Assembly (NCBI GenBank): GCA_035510735.1
Contig: DATKGN010000002.1
Coordinates: 69,275 to 123,117, forward strand
Direction of reading: 5' to 3'
Origin: Patescibacteria group bacterium
Lineage (GTDB): Bacteria; Patescibacteriota; Microgenomatia; UBA10105; UBA927
Length of the DNA stretch: 53,843 bases
Position 1 is the stretch's first letter. Each line of letters begins with the position of its first letter. The position numbers and the translations under genes are program-made. The notes under the pieces are model-generated. The model was given only the letters and a program-made list of their open reading frames with translations, did no database searches and had not been told where the DNA came from. Below, piece by piece: positions 10,422-19,007 of the stretch.

Positions 10422-11394
10422 ATCATCATTTGCTTTCACGATTGATAAGAAACCCTACCCGGTTATCACTCTACTCTACACTCCGAAATCAAAAAGCGGC
10501 GAACCGCTCTCAATAAAAATCGCCCCAACCCTGGGGAGCAACATGTTTTCATTCAAATTCGGCGCCCACGATATTATCTATCATGATCCTTTACTCCTTG
10601 AGCGCTGTGGGTTTACCGGATGTTTTGTCTTATTTCCGACGCCGAACCGCGTCGCCAATTTTACCTACCAGTGGGCCGGGAAACGCATACTCATGAAAAA
10701 GCGGGGAACTGTCGTGCAAATTCACGGGCTGGTATTTGATGAAGAGTGGCAGTTTACCAAAGCAAAAATTACAAAATCATATGCTGCATTTGAGACAAGT
10801 ATTTCTATCGATAAAAAGTCTCCATTATTTGCAGCGTACCCGTTTCCCTGTCAATTAACGCTTGAGTACCGTTTGTACTCAAATCGGGTGAATATTCACT
10901 ATACAGTAGAAAATAAAGGGTCGTCTGATTTGCCTTTCGGGTTCGCACTGCATCCGTATTTTTCGCGGCTGTCAGGTAACGATAAAACGTATATTCAGAT
11001 CCCGACCGCCTCATGGATGGAGTCACCAAAGGATACACTTCTGCCAACCGGAACTCTTATAGACGTTTCTCATAAACCCTATAACGTAAATATCCCGCGT
11101 CCTGTAGGAAAATTATCCCTGGATCATGTCTATACCAATCTCAAACCCCGGAAACATGCAATTATTGATTTCCGAACGCTCGGAATTAAAGTACACCTGA
11201 AAACCTCAAAAGATTTCACCCATATGGTCGTCTATACCGGACACAAAGACGCCGTCTGTATAGAAAATCAAACGTGTTCAACCGATGCCCACAATCTTTG
11301 GGCAAAAGGCTTAAGGAAAGAATCACATCTCATTGTTCTTAAACCCGGCAAATCACACAAGGGAGACGTGAGCTACATCATTGAACGCTACTGA
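10414..11394 (+). CDS. galM: aldose 1-epimerase (mutarotase) family protein
   Basis: Follows galT with an ATGAATAA start/stop overlap. Features typical of small aldose epimerases (FGFALHPYF, HMVVYT). The track start at 10195 lies inside galT. Confidence 0.75.
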   Translation: MNKSSFAFTIDKKPYPVITLLYTPKSKSGEPLSIKIAPTLGSNMFSFKFGAHDIIYHDPLLLERCGFTGCFVLFPTPNRVANFTYQWAGKRILMKKRGTVVQIHGLVFDEEWQFTKAKITKSYAAFETSISIDKKSPLFAAYPFPCQLTLEYRLYSNRVNIHYTVENKGSSDLPFGFALHPYFSRLSGNDKTYIQIPTASWMESPKDTLLPTGTLIDVSHKPYNVNIPRPVGKLSLDHVYTNLKPRKHAIIDFRTLGIKVHLKTSKDFTHMVVYTGHKDAVCIENQTCSTDAHNLWAKGLRKESHLIVLKPGKSHKGDVSYIIERY

Positions 11395-11396
11395 AG

Positions 11397-12242
11397 TTAC
11401 GCCTGCGAGGAAAGGGCAATAGAACAAATTTCCCCAAACCGCTCTTTCACCGTCGTCTGCATAAACTGTTCCCACTCCGTCTCCGGTAATGTTGCAAAAT
11501 CCTGCCAGATGGAACGGCCGGCTAAAAATCCGCTGGCCCCGTTTGCAATGGCGGTTTTCAGTCCCGCAATAAACCCGTCATAGGATGCGCCTTTAGTAAG
11601 TAAAATCCAGGGCGTCTTCCCAAGAAGCTGTGTCACCTCGCGGCAGGCTTCAGGATTCCCTGGAAACTCCAGTTTAAACACATCAGCCGCAATACCCTGA
11701 TCTAAAAATATCTTTACGGACCGGGGGACAAGGACGGACGCTTCATAGGGCGTATCGTCCAAGGAATAATTGAGAATCTCAAGAAAAAACGGCAATTGGT
11801 TTGCCTTACATTCTTCATAGACCCGTTTCGTGAGCTCGATCTGATGGGGCGCAGTACGCGCATCAGGATGGAAAAAAAGAAGGATCTTTACCCCGCGGGC
11901 GCCCTTTGCTTTAAGCTCCGGAACGCTGTATTCAAGCATGGTCAGCCGTTCATGATTCGTATCAGTGTAGCCGGTTTTCTCGATGCACAGAAGATACGGC
12001 TTGGCAAGAACGTCGGAATTTGATTTTGCCTGTTCATACGCGGGCAGTCCATAATCTGAATCCATAAGTACGCCGCTGTACTGGGACGCAAGTGATGTGA
12101 TAAGCATCTTTTTTATCGCAATAATTGTTTCCCTCTTTTTCTCCGAGGCAATAGTTGCCGGAAGCATTTTTTCTATACTTCCCCTGTGGTCAAGCGCGAG
12201 CATGAGTATGCGGCCGTTTGTGGTAAATGCATCGATGTTCAT
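11397..12242 (-). CDS. class I aldolase, LacD/tagatose-bisphosphate aldolase-like
   Basis: N-terminal MLALDHRGSIEKML resembles the LacD-family MLALDQRGS. Size is 281 aa. Confidence 0.6.
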   Translation of the reverse strand: MNIDAFTTNGRILMLALDHRGSIEKMLPATIASEKKRETIIAIKKMLITSLASQYSGVLMDSDYGLPAYEQAKSNSDVLAKPYLLCIEKTGYTDTNHERLTMLEYSVPELKAKGARGVKILLFFHPDARTAPHQIELTKRVYEECKANQLPFFLEILNYSLDDTPYEASVLVPRSVKIFLDQGIAADVFKLEFPGNPEACREVTQLLGKTPWILLTKGASYDGFIAGLKTAIANGASGFLAGRSIWQDFATLPETEWEQFMQTTVKERFGEICSIALSSQA

Positions 12243-12308
12243 ATACCTATTGTAAACGCAATAAGCTCATACTGCTATAGATAACTCAGGTAACGTATAA
12301 TAGTCATA

Positions 12309-13241
12309 ATGCCCAATCTCGATAGTGCTCAACATTTCACTAAAGTAGCCGGATTCGGACTCGCCGTCATTGATGTGTTAATGGCAACCGAATCCATTGT
12401 CCTTGAAGAAAAAAATCCGATATCCCGACAGGCTATTCAAATCGGCGGCGTCATACCGACGGCACTCGCCACACTGACCAGGTTGGGAATACCGACGGAA
12501 CTCCATACGATTGTCGGCAAAGATACGTTGGGCGACGAGATCGCAACAATATTAAAACATGAGCGAGTTGCGCTTGATAATGTTATAGAAAATCCTGATA
12601 TCGAAACACCGTTTGCCTGCGTCATTGTGAATAAATACTCAGGCGCGCGGACGATATTTTACTCAACAGGATCATTTTCCACACTCACCAATACTGAGTA
12701 TGCCGCCACGCTCCGGCCCGACTCACGGTTTCTTCTCGTCGATGGTCATAATCCGATGCTTACCCACGCGTTTATAGAAAAAGCACATGCGCAAAATATT
12801 CGCGTACTTCTCGACATGGGCAATCCAAAGCCCGGTATTGAGGCGCTCGCCTGTGAATCCGATGCGATCATCGTCCCGCATGTGTATTGGAAAACAATAA
12901 GTCCGGACAGCCCTGAGAAAATGATCAAAGACTATTTGTCCAAAGGTCCGACACTCGTTGTCGCGACGATGGAGGAAAAAGGCTGCATGGTGGGGACTGG
13001 TGAAACGATCTTCCATAAACCCTCATATAAAGTGACAGCCGCCGACACCAATGGCACCGGAGACGTTTTCTTTGGAGCCTTCACATACGGTCTCATCAGG
13101 AATTGGTCGCTTGAAAAAACTGCAGCATTTTCCTGTGCGGCCGCGGCCCGGAGCTGCGCCATCTTCGGGAAGGAAGATAAACTTCCGCATTCGGAGGCGG
13201 AAGTCAATGAATTTATAAAAACCCACACGACAACGGGATAA
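12309..13241 (+). CDS. PfkB-family sugar(-phosphate) kinase
   Basis: DTNGTGDVFFGAF PfkB signature near the C-terminus. Divergent from the LacD-like aldolase. Confidence 0.75.
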   Translation: MPNLDSAQHFTKVAGFGLAVIDVLMATESIVLEEKNPISRQAIQIGGVIPTALATLTRLGIPTELHTIVGKDTLGDEIATILKHERVALDNVIENPDIETPFACVIVNKYSGARTIFYSTGSFSTLTNTEYAATLRPDSRFLLVDGHNPMLTHAFIEKAHAQNIRVLLDMGNPKPGIEALACESDAIIVPHVYWKTISPDSPEKMIKDYLSKGPTLVVATMEEKGCMVGTGETIFHKPSYKVTAADTNGTGDVFFGAFTYGLIRNWSLEKTAAFSCAAAARSCAIFGKEDKLPHSEAEVNEFIKTHTTTG

Positions 13242-13245
13242 GTGA

Positions 13246-14253
13246 TTATTCTTGTTTTTTGTGATGGAATTTATTGTAGATTTCCTTAAGTTGAGGATTC
13301 GTTATGTGCGTGTAGATCTGGGTCGTCGATACATTTTTGTGTCCCAGCATCTCCTGAATCGCCCGAAGATCGGCCCCGCCGCTTAACAAATCTGTCGCGA
13401 AACTGTGCCGTAATCCGTGGGGCGTAATTTTCACCGGCAGACGGGCTTTCTTCACATATTTTTCAACCAACCGCTGCACACTCCGTGCGGTTAACCGCAT
13501 CGACTCATTGGCATTTTGTCCGTCATCCGGCTTCTTGCCCGCATACCGGATAAAAAGCGCCGGCGCATCATCTTCCCGGCTGTCGATGTACCGTTTGAGC
13601 CACTCGACTGCAGAATCGGATAAAAATACAACCCGGGCGCGCCGGCCCTTTCCGATCACACCGAATTCTTTCCGGTCGAAATTAATCGTGTCGCGGTTTA
13701 AACCCACAAGTTCAGACACCCGGAGACCTGTTGAGAACAATAATTCAAGAATCGCTTTGTCCCGTAAACCCTCTTTATCTGATAATTCCGGCATATTGAG
13801 GAGCCGGTCGACCTGGTCGCGTTCAAGAAATTTAATAGATCTGCTCTCGGCTTTCGGCAAATCTATTTTTTCCGGTGCAACAACCGCAATATCGCGTTTG
13901 AGAAGGTACTTCAGAAAACTCCTAAGCGCAATAAGATGATAATTCTGCGTAATGCGCTTCAAACTTATCCCGTGATCATCAACATAACGTGAAAGAAACA
14001 GGCGGTATTGCCGTATCGATTCGGATGAAATGTCGGAAACGTTCACAGTTTTTCCGGCAGAGCCGGATCTCACAGTTTTTCCGGCAGAGCCGGATCTCAC
14101 TTCGTTCGACACGCTAGGGGATTGGGGATAGTCTGAGAGAAAGATCAAAAACCGGTGTAAATAGTGCGCATAATTGCGGATCGTTAATTGCGAAACATTT
14201 CGTTCAATTTCGAGATATTCTAAGAAATCTTTGATAAGTGCAGAAAGATCCAT
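13246..14253 (-). CDS. tyrosine recombinase, XerC/XerD family
   Basis: C-terminal HGLRHSFATDLL...LGHKNVSTTQIYTH (R-H-R-Y catalytic region) and an N-terminal SAM-like core-binding domain. Confidence 0.85.
   Translation of the reverse strand: MDLSALIKDFLEYLEIERNVSQLTIRNYAHYLHRFLIFLSDYPQSPSVSNEVRSGSAGKTVRSGSAGKTVNVSDISSESIRQYRLFLSRYVDDHGISLKRITQNYHLIALRSFLKYLLKRDIAVVAPEKIDLPKAESRSIKFLERDQVDRLLNMPELSDKEGLRDKAILELLFSTGLRVSELVGLNRDTINFDRKEFGVIGKGRRARVVFLSDSAVEWLKRYIDSREDDAPALFIRYAGKKPDDGQNANESMRLTARSVQRLVEKYVKKARLPVKITPHGLRHSFATDLLSGGADLRAIQEMLGHKNVSTTQIYTHITNPQLKEIYNKFHHKKQE
14044..14100. repeat. perfect 2 x 27-bp tandem duplication inside the Xer gene
   Basis: cacagtttttccggcagagccggatct occurs twice head to tail, followed by a partial cac. 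It encodes VRSGSAGKT twice. Each unit carries the hairpin TCCGGCagaGCCGGA. Confidence 0.95.
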
Positions 14254-14301
14254 AAAGTTATGTATGCCTATGCATATATAGATTGTACGACATCTCGGTA
14301 A

Positions 14302-14329
14302 ATGTCAAGTACGAATTGTCTGCTATACT
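14302..14329 (+). promoter_or_regulatory. candidate promoter ATGTCA-16-TATACT, 6 nt before ATG 14336
   Basis: aATGTCAagtacgaattgtctgcTATACTtattatATG. There is no SD sequence. Confidence 0.35.
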
Positions 14330-14335
14330 TATTAT

Positions 14336-15262
14336 ATGAAGCTCGGGCTCAAAGTTAATGCCGATCGTGAATCCGCCGATCGCCTGAACGGCGCGGGTCC
14401 GCCGTTTGTTGAAGTCTGGTTTAACGTAAACGAAAAAGACCGGTACGACGACCTTTTCCGAGAACTCCAGCGCAGGCAGTGCCAGGCAGGACTCCATTTT
14501 TGGGGATTATTAGATGGTAATATCGCGCCAAACATTGCATACCCCGATGAAAAAGTTATCAAGGAAAGCATGACTCTCATGCGCCAAACCATTGATATTG
14601 CGGCCAGACACAACTGTGCTTATGTGAACATTCATCCGGGCGCCTCTGCACTGTCTAAAGTACAGTACGATAAGGAACGGTATGACGTAATCAGTGATCC
14701 TGCTGATACGGATAGGTCCATCGACCTATTTCTTGAACATGCCATTGAGCTTCATGAGTATGCAACCTCAAAAAACGTTGTTTTTACCGTTGAGACGGTT
14801 CCACCGAGAATCACTGACGGATGGTATAACGCAACAGCCCGCCTACGACCCAAGAATGCTTATGAACTGCCGCCTAGGGCTATTACACGGGCTTGTGATG
14901 CCGGTCTCTGGGTCGCCAACGATTTCTGTCATACAGCGGCAAATGCAATAACGGATAATCCCGACGTTGTTTTTACGTTTCTCAAAGGAATTACACTTCA
15001 GCTGGCGCCAAAAACACGGCTCATCCACTTGGGATTCGTCATGCCGCCGTATAACGGCACGGACAATCACGATGAGCTTGATAATCCGTTATTACAAACC
15101 AACCAAGCCGTTCCGAATCATCATCAAATGATTGAACTTTTGCGGATGTTTCAAAACCGTGATGACGTATGGATTTTGGTTGAACCAAAAGAAGACCATG
15201 TTAAAAATTATTTTCTTGCAAAACAGCTCCTTGATGAAGCATTTGGTGCTCGCGACCGGTAA
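14336..15262 (+). CDS. probable sugar-phosphate isomerase/epimerase (xylose-isomerase-like TIM barrel)
   Basis: 308-aa ORF. Only a loose resemblance (AYVNIHPG, LVEPKED) to the AP-endonuclease-2/IolE fold, so the function is tentative. Confidence 0.45.
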   Translation: MKLGLKVNADRESADRLNGAGPPFVEVWFNVNEKDRYDDLFRELQRRQCQAGLHFWGLLDGNIAPNIAYPDEKVIKESMTLMRQTIDIAARHNCAYVNIHPGASALSKVQYDKERYDVISDPADTDRSIDLFLEHAIELHEYATSKNVVFTVETVPPRITDGWYNATARLRPKNAYELPPRAITRACDAGLWVANDFCHTAANAITDNPDVVFTFLKGITLQLAPKTRLIHLGFVMPPYNGTDNHDELDNPLLQTNQAVPNHHQMIELLRMFQNRDDVWILVEPKEDHVKNYFLAKQLLDEAFGARDR

Positions 15263-15388
15263 GAAACCGTCCGGCAAATTTAGCCTCGGCTGTAAGCCTC
15301 TACAATGACCTAGAATGACTTAATTTAGGATGGCCTTACCAGTTCATCGTCCCTGTTATAGAGCAAAAATAAGAAGACCGATAAAACC

Positions 15389-15643
15389 TTAATTTTCCCA
15401 TACACAGATAACATCCTGACAACATAAAACATGAGGATAATTTGACCGGAATCCATACCGGAGAAATACTGTCAATACAAGAGAAACAAATGCAATACAT
15501 TGTGTACATATGATGAACGCGAATCCGAATATGGACAAACAGGCCTCAAAGCAGTCTCCTCCGGATCCCTTGGCTATTGACGTCGCAAAAGTATTATTGT
15601 ACGACATTATGCCTTTTAGCGCCCTGCCGGTTTCAGGTGCCAA
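15389..15643 (-). CDS. possible small Cys-rich membrane protein (doubtful)
   Basis: 84-aa ORF with a hydrophobic stretch CLSIFGFAFIICTQCIAFVSLVLTVFL. No SD, and it overlaps the next ORF in a different frame. Confidence 0.2.
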   Translation of the reverse strand: MAPETGRALKGIMSYNNTFATSIAKGSGGDCFEACLSIFGFAFIICTQCIAFVSLVLTVFLRYGFRSNYPHVLCCQDVICVWEN

Positions 15644-15834
15644 AAAGCATGGTCGTTACCGATAATTAAAATCGCCACACAAATACAGGAGAATATGAGC
15701 CCTGCCTGAGGACACCTCACTAAAATGATGATGTATTCTCCGGCGTTTATATCAGCGCACGAAATACGGACCAATACGGACAAGCTCCTTAAGAGGCACG
15801 TAACACCCTTTCGGGTTTTAGAAAGAGCTTGCAT
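15616..15834 (-). CDS. possible small Cys-rich membrane protein (doubtful)
   Basis: 72-aa ORF with GLIFSCICVAILIIG. Together with 15389..15643 it could be one frameshifted gene. Confidence 0.2.
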   Translation of the reverse strand: MQALSKTRKGVTCLLRSLSVLVRISCADINAGEYIIILVRCPQAGLIFSCICVAILIIGNDHAFWHLKPAGR

Positions 15835-16305
15835 TTAGGCCTTTAATATGCTCTAAATACAATAATCTGAGGCTAAATAATGCGATTATCGCGTTCAATA
15901 ATCACAGGATAGCGTAGTTTAGAACATATAGACGTTCTAAAGTTGCATAATTGAGGCTAAACAAATACATCTACCGCTTCATTCCATAATGCAGTTCATA
16001 TATACGATTCGATTTAGAGCATAATAACGCTCCAATCAATAATTATTGAGGCTAATAATATAGCAAACAGAAAATAACCCGGGTACTTATTTGGAGCGTA
16101 GTAATAATCTAAACGCGATATTCTAGCCTGCAAAACGTGTGATTCTCACCCGCTTGTAAGATATCCGCACAAACCCACAGAATGCGGTTCGGGTTTCGGT
16201 TCTTTTTAGGCCGTCTATATGCGCCAAACGGCTATTATTGAGGCTGATAATCGACAAAATTGTTGTGGGATGTTATTTAGTTTAGAGCGTAGTAACAATC
16301 TAAAC
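15834..16305 (+). repeat. array of six degenerate hairpin-plus-ATTGAGGCTAA modules
   Basis: Units start near 15834, 15911, 16010, 16087, 16205 and 16274. The 25-mers at 16090-16114 and 16281-16305 are 23/25 identical (TTTRGAGCGTAGTAAYAATCTAAAC). GAGGCTAA/GAGGCTGA occurs at 15869, 15953, 16048 and 16240. Perfect hairpin TTTAGAAC-N8-GTTCTAAA at 15918-15941. Confidence 0.8.
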
Positions 16306-16573
16306 AATGAATATTACGCACACATTGTGTACTCAACAGAGCGTGCCCGAGAGTGAGGAGCCACACATACAGCCTCCCGCTCTCTCCCAAACACGATCAC
16401 ACGCCGTGAAATACATTCATTCAAACCGTGAAATTAATTATCCACATGTTATAGGATAACTATTATAGGGTACACATAGACCCTATAGTGTTACTAGATC
16501 AATCTATATCACCCCCTCGTCCGTCAACCGACGGATCGGGGTAAACCACTTCCCTCTCCTCTACCTCGTCGTC

Positions 16574-17407
16574 TTAAAAATTTCCCCGCCAATGAGTGGC
16601 AATCATCGTAATAATAAATACAATTGATGTTAACGAAAAAAATTCTACTACCGTTTTTTTATACAGCTTTTCCACGAGATACTGCTGAGCCATACCGACC
16701 ATACCGTAAAAACTCGTCATGACGAAAAGGACAATAAGTGTCGACTGGGTCGGTAAGTAGGAAAACAACCAGGCAAGCTCCGTAAGAACGAGAGAAACCG
16801 CGACCGTTACGGCCCAAACGCGTTTTGACACTGTTTCTTCTAAGACCACCGACCACAGTGATTGGAACACCAGAAAAAAACTGATAACACCTACCAAAAT
16901 AGTATTTGTGATGCCCGGAAACCGGAATGCCAATACCGTTTGAACCAGTAAGAAATACGTCGTGAGCGTTATGAGGTATCCAACCGAATGTGCGGCTCGT
17001 AAAAGCGCAATAGTCCGTTCCGAAGCCACATGATAAATATTTTCCGTTAGCATGAGTGCATACATACCAACTGCGTAAAGAGCCAAAAACGGTACACGCG
17101 TTAACCACCGGGTTGGAAGCAAAAAATAAAATAATGAAATCGATAGTGTAAATAATGTCGGCAGAAGAAGGAGTGTCACCCATTTGATTCCGCGCAGATT
17201 TTCGCGAAGAGCGAATGCGGTCATCCAGTAGGTGACCAGTGATAGAACTGCCGTCATAGGATAACGAAGTTCAGGAGGGACCACTTCCGTCAACATGAGT
17301 CCGAATACGAGAATGACGGTAACCAGAACAAACTGCTGCCGCTTCGTGAGTGACGCTTTTCGGTCCCAAAGAAGTAAACGGCGCTGAATTTGAGAAGCTA
17401 TTTTCAT
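16574..17407 (-). CDS. polytopic membrane protein, unknown function
   Basis: 277 aa with about 8 hydrophobic segments. Confidence 0.7.
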   Translation of the reverse strand: MKIASQIQRRLLLWDRKASLTKRQQFVLVTVILVFGLMLTEVVPPELRYPMTAVLSLVTYWMTAFALRENLRGIKWVTLLLLPTLFTLSISLFYFLLPTRWLTRVPFLALYAVGMYALMLTENIYHVASERTIALLRAAHSVGYLITLTTYFLLVQTVLAFRFPGITNTILVGVISFFLVFQSLWSVVLEETVSKRVWAVTVAVSLVLTELAWLFSYLPTQSTLIVLFVMTSFYGMVGMAQQYLVEKLYKKTVVEFFSLTSIVFIITMIATHWRGNF

Positions 17408-17416
17408 AAACCAATA

Positions 17417-18133
17417 TTATACATTCGTAAACACGTGCTGGACATCATCCAAATTTGAGAGATGCTCTACTAACTCATCAATCTTTATCATCGTATCATC
17501 GGGAAGCGGCATCATTGTTTTGGGTTTCATGATAATTTCCATATTATCTATAACGATACCATGTTCATCAAGCAACCGCTTAACCTCCTGCAAAGCCGCA
17601 ACCTTCGCGTACACTTCAAACATATCCTCGGTTTCAACGACGTCATCAGCTCCGGATTCAAGTGCAGCTTCAAATAGCATATCAAAGGAATGTGAACCTT
17701 TTGGTATGGTGAGAATTCCGCTCCGTGAAAAAAGGTACGATACCGTCCCGGGTCCGCCGATAGCGCCACCCGCTCGCTCAAGTACGTTTTTAATCGCCGA
17801 TACGGTCCGCTGTCTGTTATCCGTTGCGGCCTCAATGACGAGCGCCACTCCCCCCGGGCCGTATGCTTCATATTGGATTTGTTCGATAGCGCTGTCCCCC
17901 ACTCCCATACCCTTTTCTATCGCGCGCTCAATATTATCTTTCGGCATATTGACATCGCGGGCTTTTTCAATGGCGAGCCGCAGGTGGAAATTATGCACCG
18001 GATCTCCAATCCCACCGCCCTCCTGAACTGCGATAGTGATGGCGCGGGCAGCTTTCGTAAATGCCATACTCTTCACCACATCCGTTGTCGCTTTCTGATG
18101 TTTCACTTTCGACCATTTTGAATGACCTGACAT
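17417..18133 (-). CDS. yebC: YebC/PmpR-family transcriptional regulator
   Basis: Starts MSGHSKWSKVKHQKATTD, the hallmark N-terminus of the family. Confidence 0.9.
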   Translation of the reverse strand: MSGHSKWSKVKHQKATTDVVKSMAFTKAARAITIAVQEGGGIGDPVHNFHLRLAIEKARDVNMPKDNIERAIEKGMGVGDSAIEQIQYEAYGPGGVALVIEAATDNRQRTVSAIKNVLERAGGAIGGPGTVSYLFSRSGILTIPKGSHSFDMLFEAALESGADDVVETEDMFEVYAKVAALQEVKRLLDEHGIVIDNMEIIMKPKTMMPLPDDTMIKIDELVEHLSNLDDVQHVFTNV

Positions 18134-18232
18134 AGTAAAAGAAGCTTAAAGCTTAGCAAGACCAGAGTGTAGTAAAAATAAATACTAAACTCTAAGTTCT
18201 GCACTCTAAGCTCTCATATTCTACTTGCTCTC

Positions 18233-18260
18233 TTGACATTTCTCAAGAAATCGATACACT
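18233..18260 (+). promoter_or_regulatory. sigma70-like promoter TTGACA-16-TACACT, 7 nt before ATG 18268
   Basis: tcTTGACAtttctcaagaaatcgaTACACTgacccccATG. Confidence 0.5.
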
Positions 18261-18267
18261 GACCCCC

Positions 18268-18987
18268 ATGACTGATTCTCTCTTGCCCGCAACAGCCGTT
18301 GCCGCTGCGCTTTCACAAAATTGGAAAGAAGCCCTTCGTATCAACCTATCTATACTCAAGGAAATACCCGATGATGTTGAAGCGCTTTCCCGGCTTGCCT
18401 ACGCGTACACGAAAACCGGGCAATTAACTCTTGCAAAAAAAACGTACGAAAAGATTCTTGATATTGATCAATATAACCAAATTGCCCAAAAAAATATCAA
18501 GAAACTCGCAACCATAAAGAAAAAAGATGTCATCCAGCATATTCCGACCAATATGTCGCCGATGATATTTTTGGAAGAACCGGGAAAAACGAAAATTGCC
18601 GAATGTATTCACATCGCCCCGACGCAACTGCTCTCTACCCTGTCGGCCGGGCAGGAAGTCGTATTAAAACCAAAAAACCACTGTGTAGAAATCCGCTCGC
18701 TTACAAACGTTTACCTAGCGGCGCTACCGGATGATTTATCATTTAAAATGAATAAACTTATTGCGGCCGGCAATACGTATCAGGTTGTCGTCAAGAGTGT
18801 GGATAAAAATTCTTTAAAAGTATTAATACGGGAATTAACAAGGGGGAAGCGATTTGCGACACAACCGTCATTCATTAATACAACCAGCTATATCCCCTTC
18901 TCCCGCGGTGTCGGGCAGGATGCTCCCGAAGGACCGGATATGACGCCGACCGGTGAGGACGGTGACGCTGAAGCGCCGGAAGAATAA
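18268..18987 (+). CDS. TPR-repeat protein with acidic C-terminus
   Basis: The N-terminal ~80 aa have a TPR-like pattern (ALSRLAYAYTKTGQLTLAKKTYEKILDIDQYN). Confidence 0.65.
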   Translation: MTDSLLPATAVAAALSQNWKEALRINLSILKEIPDDVEALSRLAYAYTKTGQLTLAKKTYEKILDIDQYNQIAQKNIKKLATIKKKDVIQHIPTNMSPMIFLEEPGKTKIAECIHIAPTQLLSTLSAGQEVVLKPKNHCVEIRSLTNVYLAALPDDLSFKMNKLIAAGNTYQVVVKSVDKNSLKVLIRELTRGKRFATQPSFINTTSYIPFSRGVGQDAPEGPDMTPTGEDGDAEAPEE

Positions 18988-19007
18988 TTATTTCTCCACC
19001 CGTCGGG

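Noticed and set aside
15510-15665. A + strand 51-aa ORF (MMNANPNMDKQASKQSPPDPLAIDV...) competing with the two minus-strand Cys-rich ORFs.
   Set aside because: It has no SD, no promoter and no motif. I cannot decide between strands from sequence alone, so none of the three is reported with more than low confidence.
15834-16305. Possible CRISPR array. GTTTAGAGC-like repeat starts superficially recall type II repeats.
   Set aside because: Repeat units are degenerate (two sub-types, many mismatches), spacing is irregular (69-118 nt), and no cas gene is in the window.
16438-16446. A perfect DnaA box, TTATCCACA, raising the idea that the gene-poor region is oriC.
   Set aside because: There is only one perfect box and a few poor matches, no clear AT-rich unwinding element next to it, and no dnaA/dnaN nearby.
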